Positions 20,369 to 31,377 are shown, numbered from the stretch's first letter. The stretch: DNA of 64,000 nt from an uncultured Candidatus Binatia bacterium (GCA_965214605.1 OZ243961.1:288001-352000); one strand, 5' to 3'. A program made the numbers and translations. The notes: a model not told the origin generated them from the letters alone.

Positions 20369-22435
20369 ATGCGAGTGGGTTTTGATATTGGCGGGACATT
20401 CACGGATGTGATGATTCTCGGGGATGATGGGCAGCTGACAACCACAAAGGTCTTGTCGCTACTCGACCGGGTTGGCGAGGATATGGGGGACCTGATTCAG
20501 AGGACAAGAGCGTCCGGCCAGGCCGACAGTCGGGTCGAGAGTTTCGTGCATGGCACGACGATTGCCTCCAACGCGGTCATTGAAAATACGACGGCAACAA
20601 CGGGACTGATCACGACCCGGGGGTTTCGTGATGAACTCGAAATGCGCGGCCAGCGCCGTCCCAACATCTATGACGCCTCGTGGGACCGCCTGCCCCCCCT
20701 GATTCCCCGCTCTCTCCGTCTTGAAGTCCGGGAGCGTATCCTGGGCAGTGGGGAAGTCGAGCAGCCGCTTGAGCTCGCCGACGCCCGCCACCGTATTCAA
20801 CGGCTCCTCAATGAGCGGGTTGAGGCCATTGCGGTATGTTTGCTCAACGCCTACCTGAACCCTGAGCATGAACAACAGCTCGGTCGACTCATTGCAGAAA
20901 TGGCCCCCGATACCGTCGTGTGCCTCTCGTCCGACGTCCATCCCGAGATCCGTGAGTATGAGCGGATGAGCACGACGGTCATTAATGCCTCGCTCATCCC
21001 TGTGGTCGATCGGTATCTCAACCGACTCGAACAGCATCTGGCGCTCTATAGTGAGCGGTTGCTGATTATGCAGTCCAACGGCGGCATTATGACCTCCCAC
21101 GCCGCTCGTCGCCGGCCGGCCTATATGATTGAGTCCGGCCCGGCGGCTGGCGTGCTGGCCGCGGCCCGCCTGGTATCGGAAACCCACCACAATGCCGTGC
21201 TGTCTTTTGATATGGGCGGGACAACGGCGAAGGCATGTCTGATTGAAAACGGGGTGCCACTGGAAAAGGCTGGCGGTGAAGTCGGGGGTGGGGTCACGAT
21301 GACAACGCGCCTGTTTGGCGGGGGCGGGCACGCCTTGCGCGCGCCTTCCCTTGATATTGTGGAAGTCGGGGCTGGTGGGGGCAGCGTGGCCTGGATTGAC
21401 GACGGTGGCGTCCTGCGGGTCGGACCACACAGCGCTGGGGCCGAGCCAGGGCCGGTGTGCTATGGTCGGGGAGGTCGACAGCCAACGGTGACCGACGCCA
21501 ATGTCGTCCTGGGCTATATGAACCCCGAGGCGATAGCCGGCGCGACCCTCAAGATTGATCGACCGGCCGCCCTGACCGCGATCCAGGTCCAGATTGCCGA
21601 TCCGCTCCAGCTCGAAGTGTTGCCGGCGGCCTACGGCATCACCCAGGTCGCGAACTCTACTATGATGCGCGCTCTGCGGGCAGTCTCAACCGAACGTGGT
21701 CGCGACCCGCGCGAGTTTGCGCTGATCGCGTTTGGTGGCGCCGGTCCGATTCATGCGGTGGCTCTGGCCGAGAGTCTCGGTATGACTCGGGTCCTGGTTC
21801 CGCCATACCCCGGCCTGTTCAGCGCCCTCGGCCTCCTGCTGGCTGACTATCGGCACGACTATGTGCGGAGCGTCGCCCTCGCCCTTGAGCGGATTGAGCC
21901 GCAGGCGATTCTTGAGCAGTTCGCCGAGATGGAAGCCGTGGCCCGGGAGGAACTGCGGGCAGAGGGGATTGGCGTTGAGGCTGTCCGCTTTGAGCGCAGC
22001 GTTGACCTGCGCTACAGCTATCAGGTCTCGGAGCTGACCCAGCCGTTTCCGTCGGGTGCGCTCGACGAGTTGCCGGTCGAGTTGGCCCGGCTGTTCACCC
22101 AGGCTCATCTCCGGGCTTTCGGCTATGAGCGGGACGACACCATTGAGCTGGTCAGCCTACGTCTGCGAGCGCTGGCTTTGGCCGGAAACGTCCGTTTCTC
22201 CGATCTGTTGGGGCGGCCCACCTCGGCCGACCATACTCAAGCTCCCACCCGCCAGGCGTATTTTGGCCCCAAGTACGGTGTGCAGGACGCGATGATTCGC
22301 CAGCGCGCGGATATGCGCACCGCCCAACCTGGACCATTGATCATTGAGGAGCCTGACACGACTGTGGTGGTCCCTCCGGAGTGGTCGGCGAGCCGTGACG
22401 GGCTGGACAATCTGGTTCTGGAGAGGCAGGGCTGA
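20369..22435 (+). CDS. Hydantoinase A / 5-oxoprolinase (HyuA) family protein
   Basis: GFDIGGTFTD, HGTTIASNA, ESGPAAG, DMGGTTAK, GAGGGS and FGGAGP. Confidence 0.93.
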   Translation: MRVGFDIGGTFTDVMILGDDGQLTTTKVLSLLDRVGEDMGDLIQRTRASGQADSRVESFVHGTTIASNAVIENTTATTGLITTRGFRDELEMRGQRRPNIYDASWDRLPPLIPRSLRLEVRERILGSGEVEQPLELADARHRIQRLLNERVEAIAVCLLNAYLNPEHEQQLGRLIAEMAPDTVVCLSSDVHPEIREYERMSTTVINASLIPVVDRYLNRLEQHLALYSERLLIMQSNGGIMTSHAARRRPAYMIESGPAAGVLAAARLVSETHHNAVLSFDMGGTTAKACLIENGVPLEKAGGEVGGGVTMTTRLFGGGGHALRAPSLDIVEVGAGGGSVAWIDDGGVLRVGPHSAGAEPGPVCYGRGGRQPTVTDANVVLGYMNPEAIAGATLKIDRPAALTAIQVQIADPLQLEVLPAAYGITQVANSTMMRALRAVSTERGRDPREFALIAFGGAGPIHAVALAESLGMTRVLVPPYPGLFSALGLLLADYRHDYVRSVALALERIEPQAILEQFAEMEAVAREELRAEGIGVEAVRFERSVDLRYSYQVSELTQPFPSGALDELPVELARLFTQAHLRAFGYERDDTIELVSLRLRALALAGNVRFSDLLGRPTSADHTQAPTRQAYFGPKYGVQDAMIRQRADMRTAQPGPLIIEEPDTTVVVPPEWSASRDGLDNLVLERQG

Positions 22436-23502
22436 GCCCGCTCTGGTGGCAGGGGGGGGGCAGCGGCAGGGATGACGGCTCAGCCCTGTCCGACCCTCTA
22501 GACACCTGCGTCAATCTCGGTCCCCCTCAGCAGAGCCCCCCGTGCGCAGCCGCCACCTCCGCTCACCCTGCTCCTCGTCTCAGGCCTGCCGCGGCCTGTT
22601 GTGGGAGGGGGGCGTGCTCGCCCCGCACGATTGCCGTCCATGCACAGGGGATCAGCGTGAAGCGGCACCGACGGGCCATCTCTTCGTTGGGCGGTTGATG
22701 TCTCCGTGTAGGGCCTAGGTCCCGCCCCCCTTTCAGCCGGGTCAAGCGTTCGGCTCTCTCCTCAGCGCTCAAGGTCGGCACCGGGCTAGGCAGGATGCCG
22801 TGATACCGCAGAGACTTCTCTATACCAAGCGGTTCGGACGCCCGGCACAGCCGCTCTCCTAGACCGCCGCATAGCTCGACAGGTCCTCAGTCTGACAAAC
22901 TCTCTGAGTCCCTCACCCGTCCTCATCCCCCTCTCTCCCACTTTGGTCTGATTCGGAGCCAAGCCTGTCGGCTGTCGTGAGGGCGGGTGCTCAAAATCTT
23001 CTACGGACTATGACACGCCGTGATCGTCCTTGCGTGTGGTTGTAAGACAACGAAGTCCTCCTCACTTCCGGTCTCTGAGTCTCTCTCGGGACAGATCTCG
23101 TGTCGTCCGTTGACCCTGTGCTTGCCGGTGGCCCTGCTCGATCTTTTCCCCTTCCTTGCGTGCCGTTCATGGAAGCCGGGGGGCGTCTCTCTCTTCTTCA
23201 TCGCGACTCTGCTCAAGGTGGAGCCGGCGCTGTGGTGGGACCGGCAGACGAGGATTGGCCTGTTTGTCCGTGCGGTCCGTCGCCCGCAAGACGCCCTGAG
23301 CGCTCACTGCCGGTACGCCGCTCCTCTGCGGGAGACCTCCGGGCCACCACCCCCCCTGAAGTCGCCGACGCACCGAGAGCGCTACACCTCTTGGAAGCGG
23401 TCTGGTTCTTCCCGGTGTCATTTTTGCCCTTGTTGTTTGTCCCTAAAAGTGATACGGAGCTTGAATCCACAACCACACCCTACACACAAGGAGGAGTTGG
23501 CC

Positions 23503-23880
23503 ATGATTAAACTCAAATCTGTCCGCCATGCCGGCGTGCCGATCACCGATCTGAGAAAAGCGAAATCGTTCTATAAGATGCTCGGTTTTGAAGAAATTGA
23601 GCGTCCTAAAATCAAAGGCATCCCCGGCGCCTGGTACGAATGCGACGGCACTCAGGTTCATCTCATCGGTCAGCGCAACGCCATGGCGGCCAAAAATCTC
23701 CCCGGTGTGGGTTCGCACCTCGCTCTCCAGGTTGAAGATCTTGACGAAGCCAAGAAAATCTTGAAGAGAAGGAAGATTGAATTTGCCGAGTTTACCCCAC
23801 CGCCCAGTATTGGTGGTGGCCCGGTCCTGTTTCTTAAAGACCCGGACGGCAACGCGGTCGAGCTGCGGACCGATCCGTAA
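23503..23880 (+). CDS. VOC/glyoxalase family protein
   Basis: HAGVPITDLRKAKSFY, HLALQVEDL and FLKDPDGNAVEL; RBS AAGGAGGAG. Confidence 0.9.
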   Translation: MIKLKSVRHAGVPITDLRKAKSFYKMLGFEEIERPKIKGIPGAWYECDGTQVHLIGQRNAMAAKNLPGVGSHLALQVEDLDEAKKILKRRKIEFAEFTPPPSIGGGPVLFLKDPDGNAVELRTDP

Positions 23881-23988
23881 GCTTCGGTCCTATCACGGGT
23901 CCGAAAAAGGCGCCCTAGAGGGAGCCGTGCCGCGCGTGAAGAGCTCCCTTCTTGAGTCTTTTCTCGTGCGCGTGCCAAGGAGACTGTC

Positions 23989-24465
23989 ATGCGGATTGAA
24001 ATTCATCCCAAGCCCGATGGTATGCAACACATCAATCTCATGTTCTGCAAGGACAGCCCCGACCCGGAAGACCTCTGGATCGCTGACCGTCTTCGGGCGT
24101 TTCCGGTCCCGCCCAAACGGACGCTAGAGTGGGAGCGGGAAGGGCGGTCGTATACGGTCTTGCAGTTTGGACAGTGCGTGATTGGCCATGCCATGTTCGA
24201 TATTGAAAAACATAAAGGTATTGTTGACCAGCTCCGCCGGGTGTGCAGCCAGGAGATTGACCGGCTGACAGCCCACAAGATGGACAAGACGGGCGTCCTG
24301 CGGCTCATTTCCGAGACAGCGCTCGCCTTTCACCGTCAGGCGAAGTTTGGCATCCGCAGCAACGGAGAGATCGGTATCACCCTTGATGCCGACGAGGCCC
24401 GCGAACGCCTCCGCCAAGCCCTGCGGGAAGAAGCGCGCGGCGAGCGAGCCATCGAACCTGAATAA
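23989..24465 (+). CDS. Hypothetical protein
   Basis: 158-aa ORF with RBS AAGGAG. Confidence 0.7.
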   Translation: MRIEIHPKPDGMQHINLMFCKDSPDPEDLWIADRLRAFPVPPKRTLEWEREGRSYTVLQFGQCVIGHAMFDIEKHKGIVDQLRRVCSQEIDRLTAHKMDKTGVLRLISETALAFHRQAKFGIRSNGEIGITLDADEARERLRQALREEARGERAIEPE

Positions 24466-24508
24466 GAACAGGTCGCTGATGGCGTGTGGAGATAAGGAGA
24501 CAGTGTGC

Positions 24509-25669
24509 ATGTTCACGGCCCCGTCCAGATATTTTAATCAAGAACATGAGATCTTCCGCGAACAGGTCCGGAACTTCGTGGATAAAGAGATTGAACCATA
24601 TATTGATCAATGGGAGGAGGAGCGCCTCTTTCCCAAATCGCTGTATCGTCGTATGGGCGAACTCGGCTTTCTCGGTATTCGTCTGCCCGAGGAGTATGGC
24701 GGGAGCGAGGGCGACATTTGGATGGCGTTGGTCTTTTGTGAAGAATTGTGTCGCTGTCATGCGCTCGGCTTACCGATGAGCGTTCTGGTCCATACCGATA
24801 TGTCGACCACCCACATTGCCCGTTACGGCACGCCGCAACAGAAAGACAAGTATCTGCGGCCCTTAATCGCTGGTGAACAGGTGTGTGCGATCGCGGTCTC
24901 CGAGCCCTCGGGCGGATCGAACGTCGCCGGGATTCAGACCACGGCCGTGAAAGACGGGGATGTGTATGTCATCAATGGAGCGAAGATTTTCATCACCAAC
25001 GCTGTGCATGCCGATACGTTCTGCGTTGCGGCCAAAACCGACAAAAACCGCGACCATAAGGGCGTGTCGATGTTCATTGTTGAGCGAGATACCCCGGGCT
25101 TTCAGTTGGCCAAAAAACTCAGAAAGATGGGCAATCACTCTTCAGACACCGGCGAGTTGGTCTTTGAGGATGTGCGGGTTCCGCGCGCCAATCTGTTGGG
25201 CGAAGAGGGACAGGGCTTTTACTACATTATGAAGAACTTCCAGGACGAGCGGCTGATCGCGGCGAGTATGGCGGTCAGCGCCTCTCAGCGCGCCTTAGAA
25301 GATACCATTCGCTATACCCGCCAACGAGAAACCTTTGGGAAACGGGTCTTTGACCATCAGGTTATTGGCCATCGTCTGGCCGATCTTGCCACCAAGCTTG
25401 AGGCGGCGCGCCAGCTGACCTATTACGCCGCCGATGTCCTGAACTCTGGTCGTGACGCGAGTACAGAAGTGTCGATGGCCAAGCTGTACGCGACTGAACT
25501 GGCCAATGAGTTGGCCTCTGAGTGTTTGCAATTTCACGGCGGCTATGGCTACATGGAAGAGTTTCACATTGAGCGTTTTTATCGAGACATGCGTATGACC
25601 AATATCGGAGGAGGAACGTCGGAGATCATGCGCGAGATTATTGCCTATCGGGGATTGGATCGGGACTAA
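24509..25669 (+). CDS. Acyl-CoA dehydrogenase
   Basis: AVSEPSGGSN, INGAKIFITN, RETFGK, HGGYGY and IGGGTSEIM. Confidence 0.95.
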   Translation: MFTAPSRYFNQEHEIFREQVRNFVDKEIEPYIDQWEEERLFPKSLYRRMGELGFLGIRLPEEYGGSEGDIWMALVFCEELCRCHALGLPMSVLVHTDMSTTHIARYGTPQQKDKYLRPLIAGEQVCAIAVSEPSGGSNVAGIQTTAVKDGDVYVINGAKIFITNAVHADTFCVAAKTDKNRDHKGVSMFIVERDTPGFQLAKKLRKMGNHSSDTGELVFEDVRVPRANLLGEEGQGFYYIMKNFQDERLIAASMAVSASQRALEDTIRYTRQRETFGKRVFDHQVIGHRLADLATKLEAARQLTYYAADVLNSGRDASTEVSMAKLYATELANELASECLQFHGGYGYMEEFHIERFYRDMRMTNIGGGTSEIMREIIAYRGLDRD

Positions 25670-25787
25670 CAAGAACGTCACCCAGGCCGGAGAGTGGCCT
25701 CCGGCTTCCTGAGAGGAGTGGCCGTGGGGGTGAGTGTCCCTCGGCTCGGTGGTAGAGCGGAGGCGGGGTTGCGGAGGAGGAAGAGCT

Positions 25788-26273
25788 ATGGGAGCAGTGT
25801 TGGATGTGGATATGCCACAGAAGATGTTCGCGCGCCGAATTCAGCCGTTTGGCATCGCTCTAGCCCAGGTATCCTGGCGGGTCAAAATGTTCACCCACGA
25901 CGGAGTCGTGCTGGCCGCGGTCTATCTTGAGGAGCCGAACCTGGTTGTGGGCATGTCGTTTTGGCAGGACGAGGAAACCGCCCGCCATCTGTTTAGAGGA
26001 GCAGTTGAGATTGGCCTGTGTGCGGACACCGACCCACCGGGGCGAGTCTGTTTGAGGGTTGAGCTTGATACCGAAATGGTCGATGAGTTGTTCACGGCCG
26101 CAGAGCGGCTCAACCCGTGCCCGACCCGGACGAGTGCCAGCCGGGCCAAGCGCCATTTTTCACACTTTTTATCCGAGGCTTTTCCAGACACGCCGCAGGT
26201 CTGGTCTCGCTCGTACAGTTGGCGGGCCGATCGCTCTCCCCGACGAGCGGCCCAGCCCATACGGGTTGGATAA
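25788..26273 (+). CDS. Hypothetical protein
   Basis: ORF from ATG 25788 preceded by GGAGGAGG. Confidence 0.6.
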   Translation: MGAVLDVDMPQKMFARRIQPFGIALAQVSWRVKMFTHDGVVLAAVYLEEPNLVVGMSFWQDEETARHLFRGAVEIGLCADTDPPGRVCLRVELDTEMVDELFTAAERLNPCPTRTSASRAKRHFSHFLSEAFPDTPQVWSRSYSWRADRSPRRAAQPIRVG

Positions 26274-26379
26274 CCGCCGTGTGGATTTGCTCACCTTGTC
26301 CAGTTTGCGTATAGTAGCCCGGCCTAAGGAAGCGAGGTGCCTTCCGTGGCCCATTTCGATTTGGTAAGGAGGGAAACGT

Positions 26380-26859
26380 ATGGCTGATGATGCACTCAGA
26401 GAGAAAGTCAAAGAAATCCTGCTTGAGCTTGGCGTTTTTTCTGGTCAGCGTGAAATTACGATGGAAGAGATGGCTATCCTACAGGGGCAGCAAACGGGTC
26501 TCGCCCGGATTATGCCTGAGATTGGACAGCGAACCTGGAAACTCTTCTATGCGGCAAAAGAGGGCCACTGGGACCTGGCCAACTTCCAGTACTCGGAGAT
26601 TACGGAGTTGATGGAACTCGGGGCCTATGCCCGGCCGAAGCACGAAGAGGCGCTCAATCAGTTCATGGCCGAGGACTGGCCGTCTGTTGGTGAGGCGATT
26701 AAAAACAAGGATTTTGAGGCGTTTGAGGCGGCTTTTCATAAGGCCATTGAGCAGGCCAACGCCTATCACGAACTCAAGGACAGACCCTATATCCGTTGGC
26801 AGCTGCCTTCCGTCCCGCCGGAAGACCTGGAACTCAAACCGCGTGGGGGGGCGAAATAG
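26380..26859 (+). CDS. Four-helix-bundle protein resembling cytochrome c'-like hypotheticals but lacking CxxCH
   Basis: GLARIM...KLFYAAKEGHWDLANF...AIKNKDFEAF...ANAYH; RBS AAGGAGGG. Confidence 0.7.
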   Translation: MADDALREKVKEILLELGVFSGQREITMEEMAILQGQQTGLARIMPEIGQRTWKLFYAAKEGHWDLANFQYSEITELMELGAYARPKHEEALNQFMAEDWPSVGEAIKNKDFEAFEAAFHKAIEQANAYHELKDRPYIRWQLPSVPPEDLELKPRGGAK

Positions 26860-26996
26860 GCTCCTCTGCGGCGTCTTAAGGAGCCTGAGACCTTGCGCGC
26901 CTGGATTGGCGCTCCCTTCAGGGGTCAAAGAATGTCAGTGTGGAAAAGAGGGCAGCCCATGGCTGCCCTTCGCTCGTTGTATAAGGAGGGAAGATA

Positions 26997-29042
26997 ATGT
27001 CTGGTGTGCTTTTTCTCCTCGTCGTCCTAGCTGCCCTGGGATTCTTTGTCTTTACCCTGTACGGTCGTCTTCGGCTCTTGCTCGCCGCCGGGCCGGTGAA
27101 GCGTTTTGACCGGATTGCCGAGCGCATCAAGGCGGTGGTGGTCTACGCTTTTGGCCAACAGAAGTTCGTGGTCGGCGAACAGCCGGCCGGCTGGATGCAT
27201 ATCCTCATCTTTTGGGGCTTTCTGATTCTGGGTCTGCAGGTTGTGACCATGTTTGGCCGTGCCTTTTCGGAGCATTTTTTCGTGCCCGGTTTTGCACCCG
27301 ATCAGTTAGGAGGGCCGTTCTTTGTGCTGCGCGACCTCATGGAGGTCATCGTGATCGGAGCGGTTTCGGTGGCCATCTACCGCTGGCTGGTGTCGCATCC
27401 GCCCCGGCTGTTTGGCTATAAACCGGCCGAAGAGCGCCTGGCCGGGCAGTCACACTGGGAAGCCGTCCTCATCCTGTTTTTTATCTTTACGATCATGCTC
27501 TCCGGCCTGCTGTACGACGGTGGGCGGTTGGTCTTTTTGGCCGGCGATCCCGTGATCGAAGCCGAGCGGCGCTGGCAACCGATCGGATCCCTGGTTGCCC
27601 TGGTGTTGTCGACGGTTGGAGTAGGATTTGCCGAGTTTGTGAGCGACGCCTCGTGGTGGATCCATAATCTGGTGATTCTGGCCTTTCTCAATCTGCTGCC
27701 GCGCTCCAAGCATTTCCATATTATTACCTCAATTCCGAACGTTTTCTTCCGCAAACTCGAGCCCGCCGGCGCGCTCGACAAGATGGATCTGGAGAACTCC
27801 GAGACCTTTGGCACCTCGTTTATCAATCAATTCACCTGGAAACAGGCGCTTGATATGTATAGCTGTACCGAGTGTGGGCGGTGTTCTTCCCAGTGTCCGG
27901 CGACGGCCAGTGGGAAGGAACTTGCCCCGCGCCAGCTGCTCCTCAATCTGCGCGACTATCTGTATGATCATCAGGCTGAGATGATTGGCTCCCGGTTTGA
28001 CCAGGCCAATGGCAAACACGAGGCCGCGCTCGTGGGCGAGAATGTGGTGGGTGAGAACCTGATTCAGGACAACGTGCTGTGGGCGTGTACGACGTGTCGG
28101 GCGTGCGAAGAGGCCTGTCCGGTGATGATCGAATATGTTGATAAGATCGTTGATATGCGCCGCCACTTAGTGCAGGAAGAAGCCCGGTTTCCTTCCGAAC
28201 TGACCCGGACCTTTAAGGGCATGGAAACCCAGGGGAACCCGTGGGGGATGAGTTACGACAAGCGTATGGATTGGGCCGAGGGGATAGCGGTCCCCCTCCT
28301 CGCCGACAATCCGAATGCGGAATATTTATACTTTGTGGGCTGTGCCGGGGCTTTTGACGACCGTAACAAAAAGACGGTTGCCGCCTTTGCCAGAATTCTG
28401 AATAAGGCCGGGGTGAGTTTTGCCGTGCTCGGTCCCGAGGAGCCGTGTAACGGCGAGACCGCCCGGCGGCTGGGCAATGAATACCTGTTTCAGACCATGG
28501 CCGAAGCTGCGGTCGAGGTGATGAACGGCTATGGCGTCCGCAAGGTCATTGCCAACTGTCCGCACTGTTTTAATACGCTGAAAAACGAGTATCCGCAGTT
28601 TGGTGGCGACTACGAAGTGCTATCGGCGGCCGAACTCGTCGATCATCTGTTCAAAGCGGGCAAACTGACCGTTCGGGAAGACCTTGATCTCAATGTTACC
28701 TATCACGACTCGTGCTATTACGGCCGCCACAATAATATCTACGAGTCGCCGCGCCAAGTGATTGCCAAGATCATGGGGAAAGCCCCGCACGAGATGGAGC
28801 GTCATCGCCAGACCGGCATGTGTTGTGGCGGCGGCGGCGGCTGGATGTGGATGGATGAACCCCAGGACCAGCGGGTGAACATCCTGCGGGCCGAGCAAGC
28901 CCTGGAAACCCATCCAGACGTGGTCGCGGTGTCGTGCCCCTTTTGCATGACCATGCTGAGTGACGGCGTCAAAGCCAAAGAGGTCGACGAACGGGTCCGG
29001 GTCCTTGACGTCATGGAACTTGTCGATCGAGCTAGCGATTGA
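26997..29042 (+). CDS. Membrane-bound Fe-S oxidoreductase (FadF/HdrD-like: TM domain, two 4Fe-4S motifs, CCG domains)
   Basis: Several TM helices, CTECGRCSSQCP, CTTCRACEEACP, CPHC, YHDSCY, CCGGGGG and CPFC. Confidence 0.92.
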   Translation: MSGVLFLLVVLAALGFFVFTLYGRLRLLLAAGPVKRFDRIAERIKAVVVYAFGQQKFVVGEQPAGWMHILIFWGFLILGLQVVTMFGRAFSEHFFVPGFAPDQLGGPFFVLRDLMEVIVIGAVSVAIYRWLVSHPPRLFGYKPAEERLAGQSHWEAVLILFFIFTIMLSGLLYDGGRLVFLAGDPVIEAERRWQPIGSLVALVLSTVGVGFAEFVSDASWWIHNLVILAFLNLLPRSKHFHIITSIPNVFFRKLEPAGALDKMDLENSETFGTSFINQFTWKQALDMYSCTECGRCSSQCPATASGKELAPRQLLLNLRDYLYDHQAEMIGSRFDQANGKHEAALVGENVVGENLIQDNVLWACTTCRACEEACPVMIEYVDKIVDMRRHLVQEEARFPSELTRTFKGMETQGNPWGMSYDKRMDWAEGIAVPLLADNPNAEYLYFVGCAGAFDDRNKKTVAAFARILNKAGVSFAVLGPEEPCNGETARRLGNEYLFQTMAEAAVEVMNGYGVRKVIANCPHCFNTLKNEYPQFGGDYEVLSAAELVDHLFKAGKLTVREDLDLNVTYHDSCYYGRHNNIYESPRQVIAKIMGKAPHEMERHRQTGMCCGGGGGWMWMDEPQDQRVNILRAEQALETHPDVVAVSCPFCMTMLSDGVKAKEVDERVRVLDVMELVDRASD

Positions 29043-30148
29043 GCGCGGCCGATGATCTGTTCCTTGACAATTTTACGCAAGAGAGGTGGGCACCCCCCAT
29101 GCTAGAGCAACTTGAAAATACCCATCTGGTCGATATGCAACCCCTCATAACCCCGCGTTCGGTCAAAGCCGACTTCCCACTGGCCGAGCCGACAGCCGAA
29201 CTCATCTCGCGAACACGCCAGGCCATCCGCGCGATTCTCCATGGCCGGGACCGGCGCCGCTTGCTGGTGGTGACCGGCCCGTGCTCCATCCACGACGCCG
29301 AGACTGCCTACGAGTACGCTGGGCGCCTCAAAAAAATCATTGACACCACGCACGATCGACTGGTTGTTGTCATGCGGACCTATTTTGAAAAGCCCCGCAC
29401 CACGGTCGGCTGGAAAGGTTTAATTAACGACCCCTACCTAGACGGCTCGTGTGATATTCCCACCGGCTTACAGATGGCCCGCGAGATCCTCCTGCACATC
29501 AACCAGCTGGGCGTACCATGCGCCGTCGAGGTGCTCGATCCGGTCACGCCCCAATACGTGGCCGATCTGATCAGCTGGGCAGCCATTGGCGCGCGAACAA
29601 CCGAGAGCCAAACCCACCGCGAGATGGCCAGCGGGCTGTCCATGCCGATCGGTTTTAAAAACGGGACCGATGGCAAAATCCAGAGCGCCATTAATGCGAT
29701 GATTTCGGCCCGTCACCCGCATAGCTTCCTGGGCATCAATGCCGACGGCATGACCTGTGTGATTAAGACTGGCGGCAATCCCGACCGACATATTGTGTTG
29801 CGTGGCGGGGGCGGAAAGCCGAACTGCGGTCCCGAGGATATTGCCCGGGCGGTTGAACTCGTCGCGTCTGAAGAAATCGCCCGGGCGATCATGGTTGATT
29901 GTTCGCACGATAACTCGGGCAAGGATCACACCAGGCAGGGCCAGGTGTGTCGCGATGCCCTGAGGGTCTTTCGTGAGGGGCAGGATGCGCTCATGGGCCT
30001 GTTGATCGAGAGCAATCTGAGACCGGGGAAACAGACCTGGAAAGAGGGCGTACGGCTCGAACACGGGGTGTCAATTACCGACGCCTGTATTGGTTGGGAA
30101 GAAACCGAGCGGTTGTTGTACGAAATCGCTGAGGCGACTCCCGTCTAG
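29039..30148 (+). CDS. 3-deoxy-7-phosphoheptulonate (DAHP) synthase, class I alpha
   Basis: GPCSIHD, YFEKPRTTVGWKG, AIGARTTESQTHRE, DCSH and SITDAC; start may be ATG 29099. Confidence 0.95.
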   Translation: MSAADDLFLDNFTQERWAPPMLEQLENTHLVDMQPLITPRSVKADFPLAEPTAELISRTRQAIRAILHGRDRRRLLVVTGPCSIHDAETAYEYAGRLKKIIDTTHDRLVVVMRTYFEKPRTTVGWKGLINDPYLDGSCDIPTGLQMAREILLHINQLGVPCAVEVLDPVTPQYVADLISWAAIGARTTESQTHREMASGLSMPIGFKNGTDGKIQSAINAMISARHPHSFLGINADGMTCVIKTGGNPDRHIVLRGGGGKPNCGPEDIARAVELVASEEIARAIMVDCSHDNSGKDHTRQGQVCRDALRVFREGQDALMGLLIESNLRPGKQTWKEGVRLEHGVSITDACIGWEETERLLYEIAEATPV

Positions 30149-30149
30149 G

Positions 30150-30600
30150 AACAAGCCCGACCGAGATAATCTCGGCCGCAGGCTTGGGACTGGCAACATC
30201 TTTCACGACCTTGCGGGCCGAGGCCATGGGCGGCAGGAGGGGGATTGCTTCGAGTCCCCGCTGCTCGGCCCTGCGCAGCGGGGCGACAATGTCAATACTC
30301 ACGACAATCCCGAATTTTCATCGGGTTCATGCCCAGGACTCGCAGAGCCGTATAACCTGTGCCAAGGAAGACGCGGGGCCCGGGGCGATGCGATGACATA
30401 GAGGCCCCGGGTGCCTGGGATAGACACGCCAGTGCCGACCTTGATCTGCGGGGTGTTGCGTGCGAGGCCAGGGCGAGGCTGGCACAGCAGTCCGACCAAA
30501 TCATTTGTGAATCCGGCACCCGGTCATAGCCAAGCTCTTCGGCATATTTGATCAGCTGCCAATCGTCGATTGTAGGAGCCACTGTAAAACTCAATTCCAT
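30150..30600 (-). pseudogene. LLM-class flavin-dependent oxidoreductase pseudogene
   Basis: AEELGYDR..DSQMIWSDC, IKVGTGV and PGRVFLG lie in different frames; truncated. Confidence 0.75.
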
Positions 30601-31377
30601 ATCGGCGAGAGAGTAGCCGGACTGTACGAGCAGAGCTGTTTGGCGGCCTCGGACAAACTCCGGCGGTTCCGGGACAAGACCGAGTGCACACTCTGACCGA
30701 GAACCGGCATGGTCTGTGGGAGGGGAACGCTTTTGGGCCGCTGCTCCCTGGGTCGCGCAGCCGAGCTTCCGGTTTGTGGAAGGCAGGGCGGTCAGTGGTA
30801 GGCTGTCTTATCAGGCCCTCAGAGAAGCCCAACCTGCTCTGGAGGCTTAAAAGGATGGTGCTCCAGACGGTCACTTGGACAGTATGGCGGCCTTCATCTC
30901 ATATCTCTGCCATGGAGCTGATTCACCGCTGTCCGTGCGAACGCGCGCAGTGCAGATGTTCCAGCGCTTGACAGCAAAGCCGTCCTGGCTCGCTGCTCCT
31001 AAGAGGGCGCAGGCCAAAACGCTCCCATGCGAGGACTAGCTGGGGAGACAGTGGTCGTCACCGTGTCTGAGCGAGCTGAATGCTGCGGTCGGCCAGCGTC
31101 AGGGGAGGGGGGAGGGGAAAGTCCTGGGGACGCTGAGCGGCAGAGGCAGTCATGCCCCTGGGCGAGGCCGGGCTTGGGAGTCTCGCCGCATGCTGCTCAC
31201 GGCCTCGCCGTGGTCCGTCAAGGTATGCGCTCAGTTCCAGCTCACGCGTGGAGAGTGGGGTCACGAGCCATACAGCTGCCATTGAAGGAGCGTTCCGGAC
31301 GGTTTCCTCACGGGTTGCCACTGCCAGGCGGCGTAGCCCGCGCCCCTGCTGAGAGAGCGGCGGTCACTTGTGAGAGA

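Noticed and set aside
23020-23502. N-terminal extension of the 286-aa ORF
   Set aside because: Non-protein-like sequence; the strong RBS and VOC homology begin at ATG 23503.
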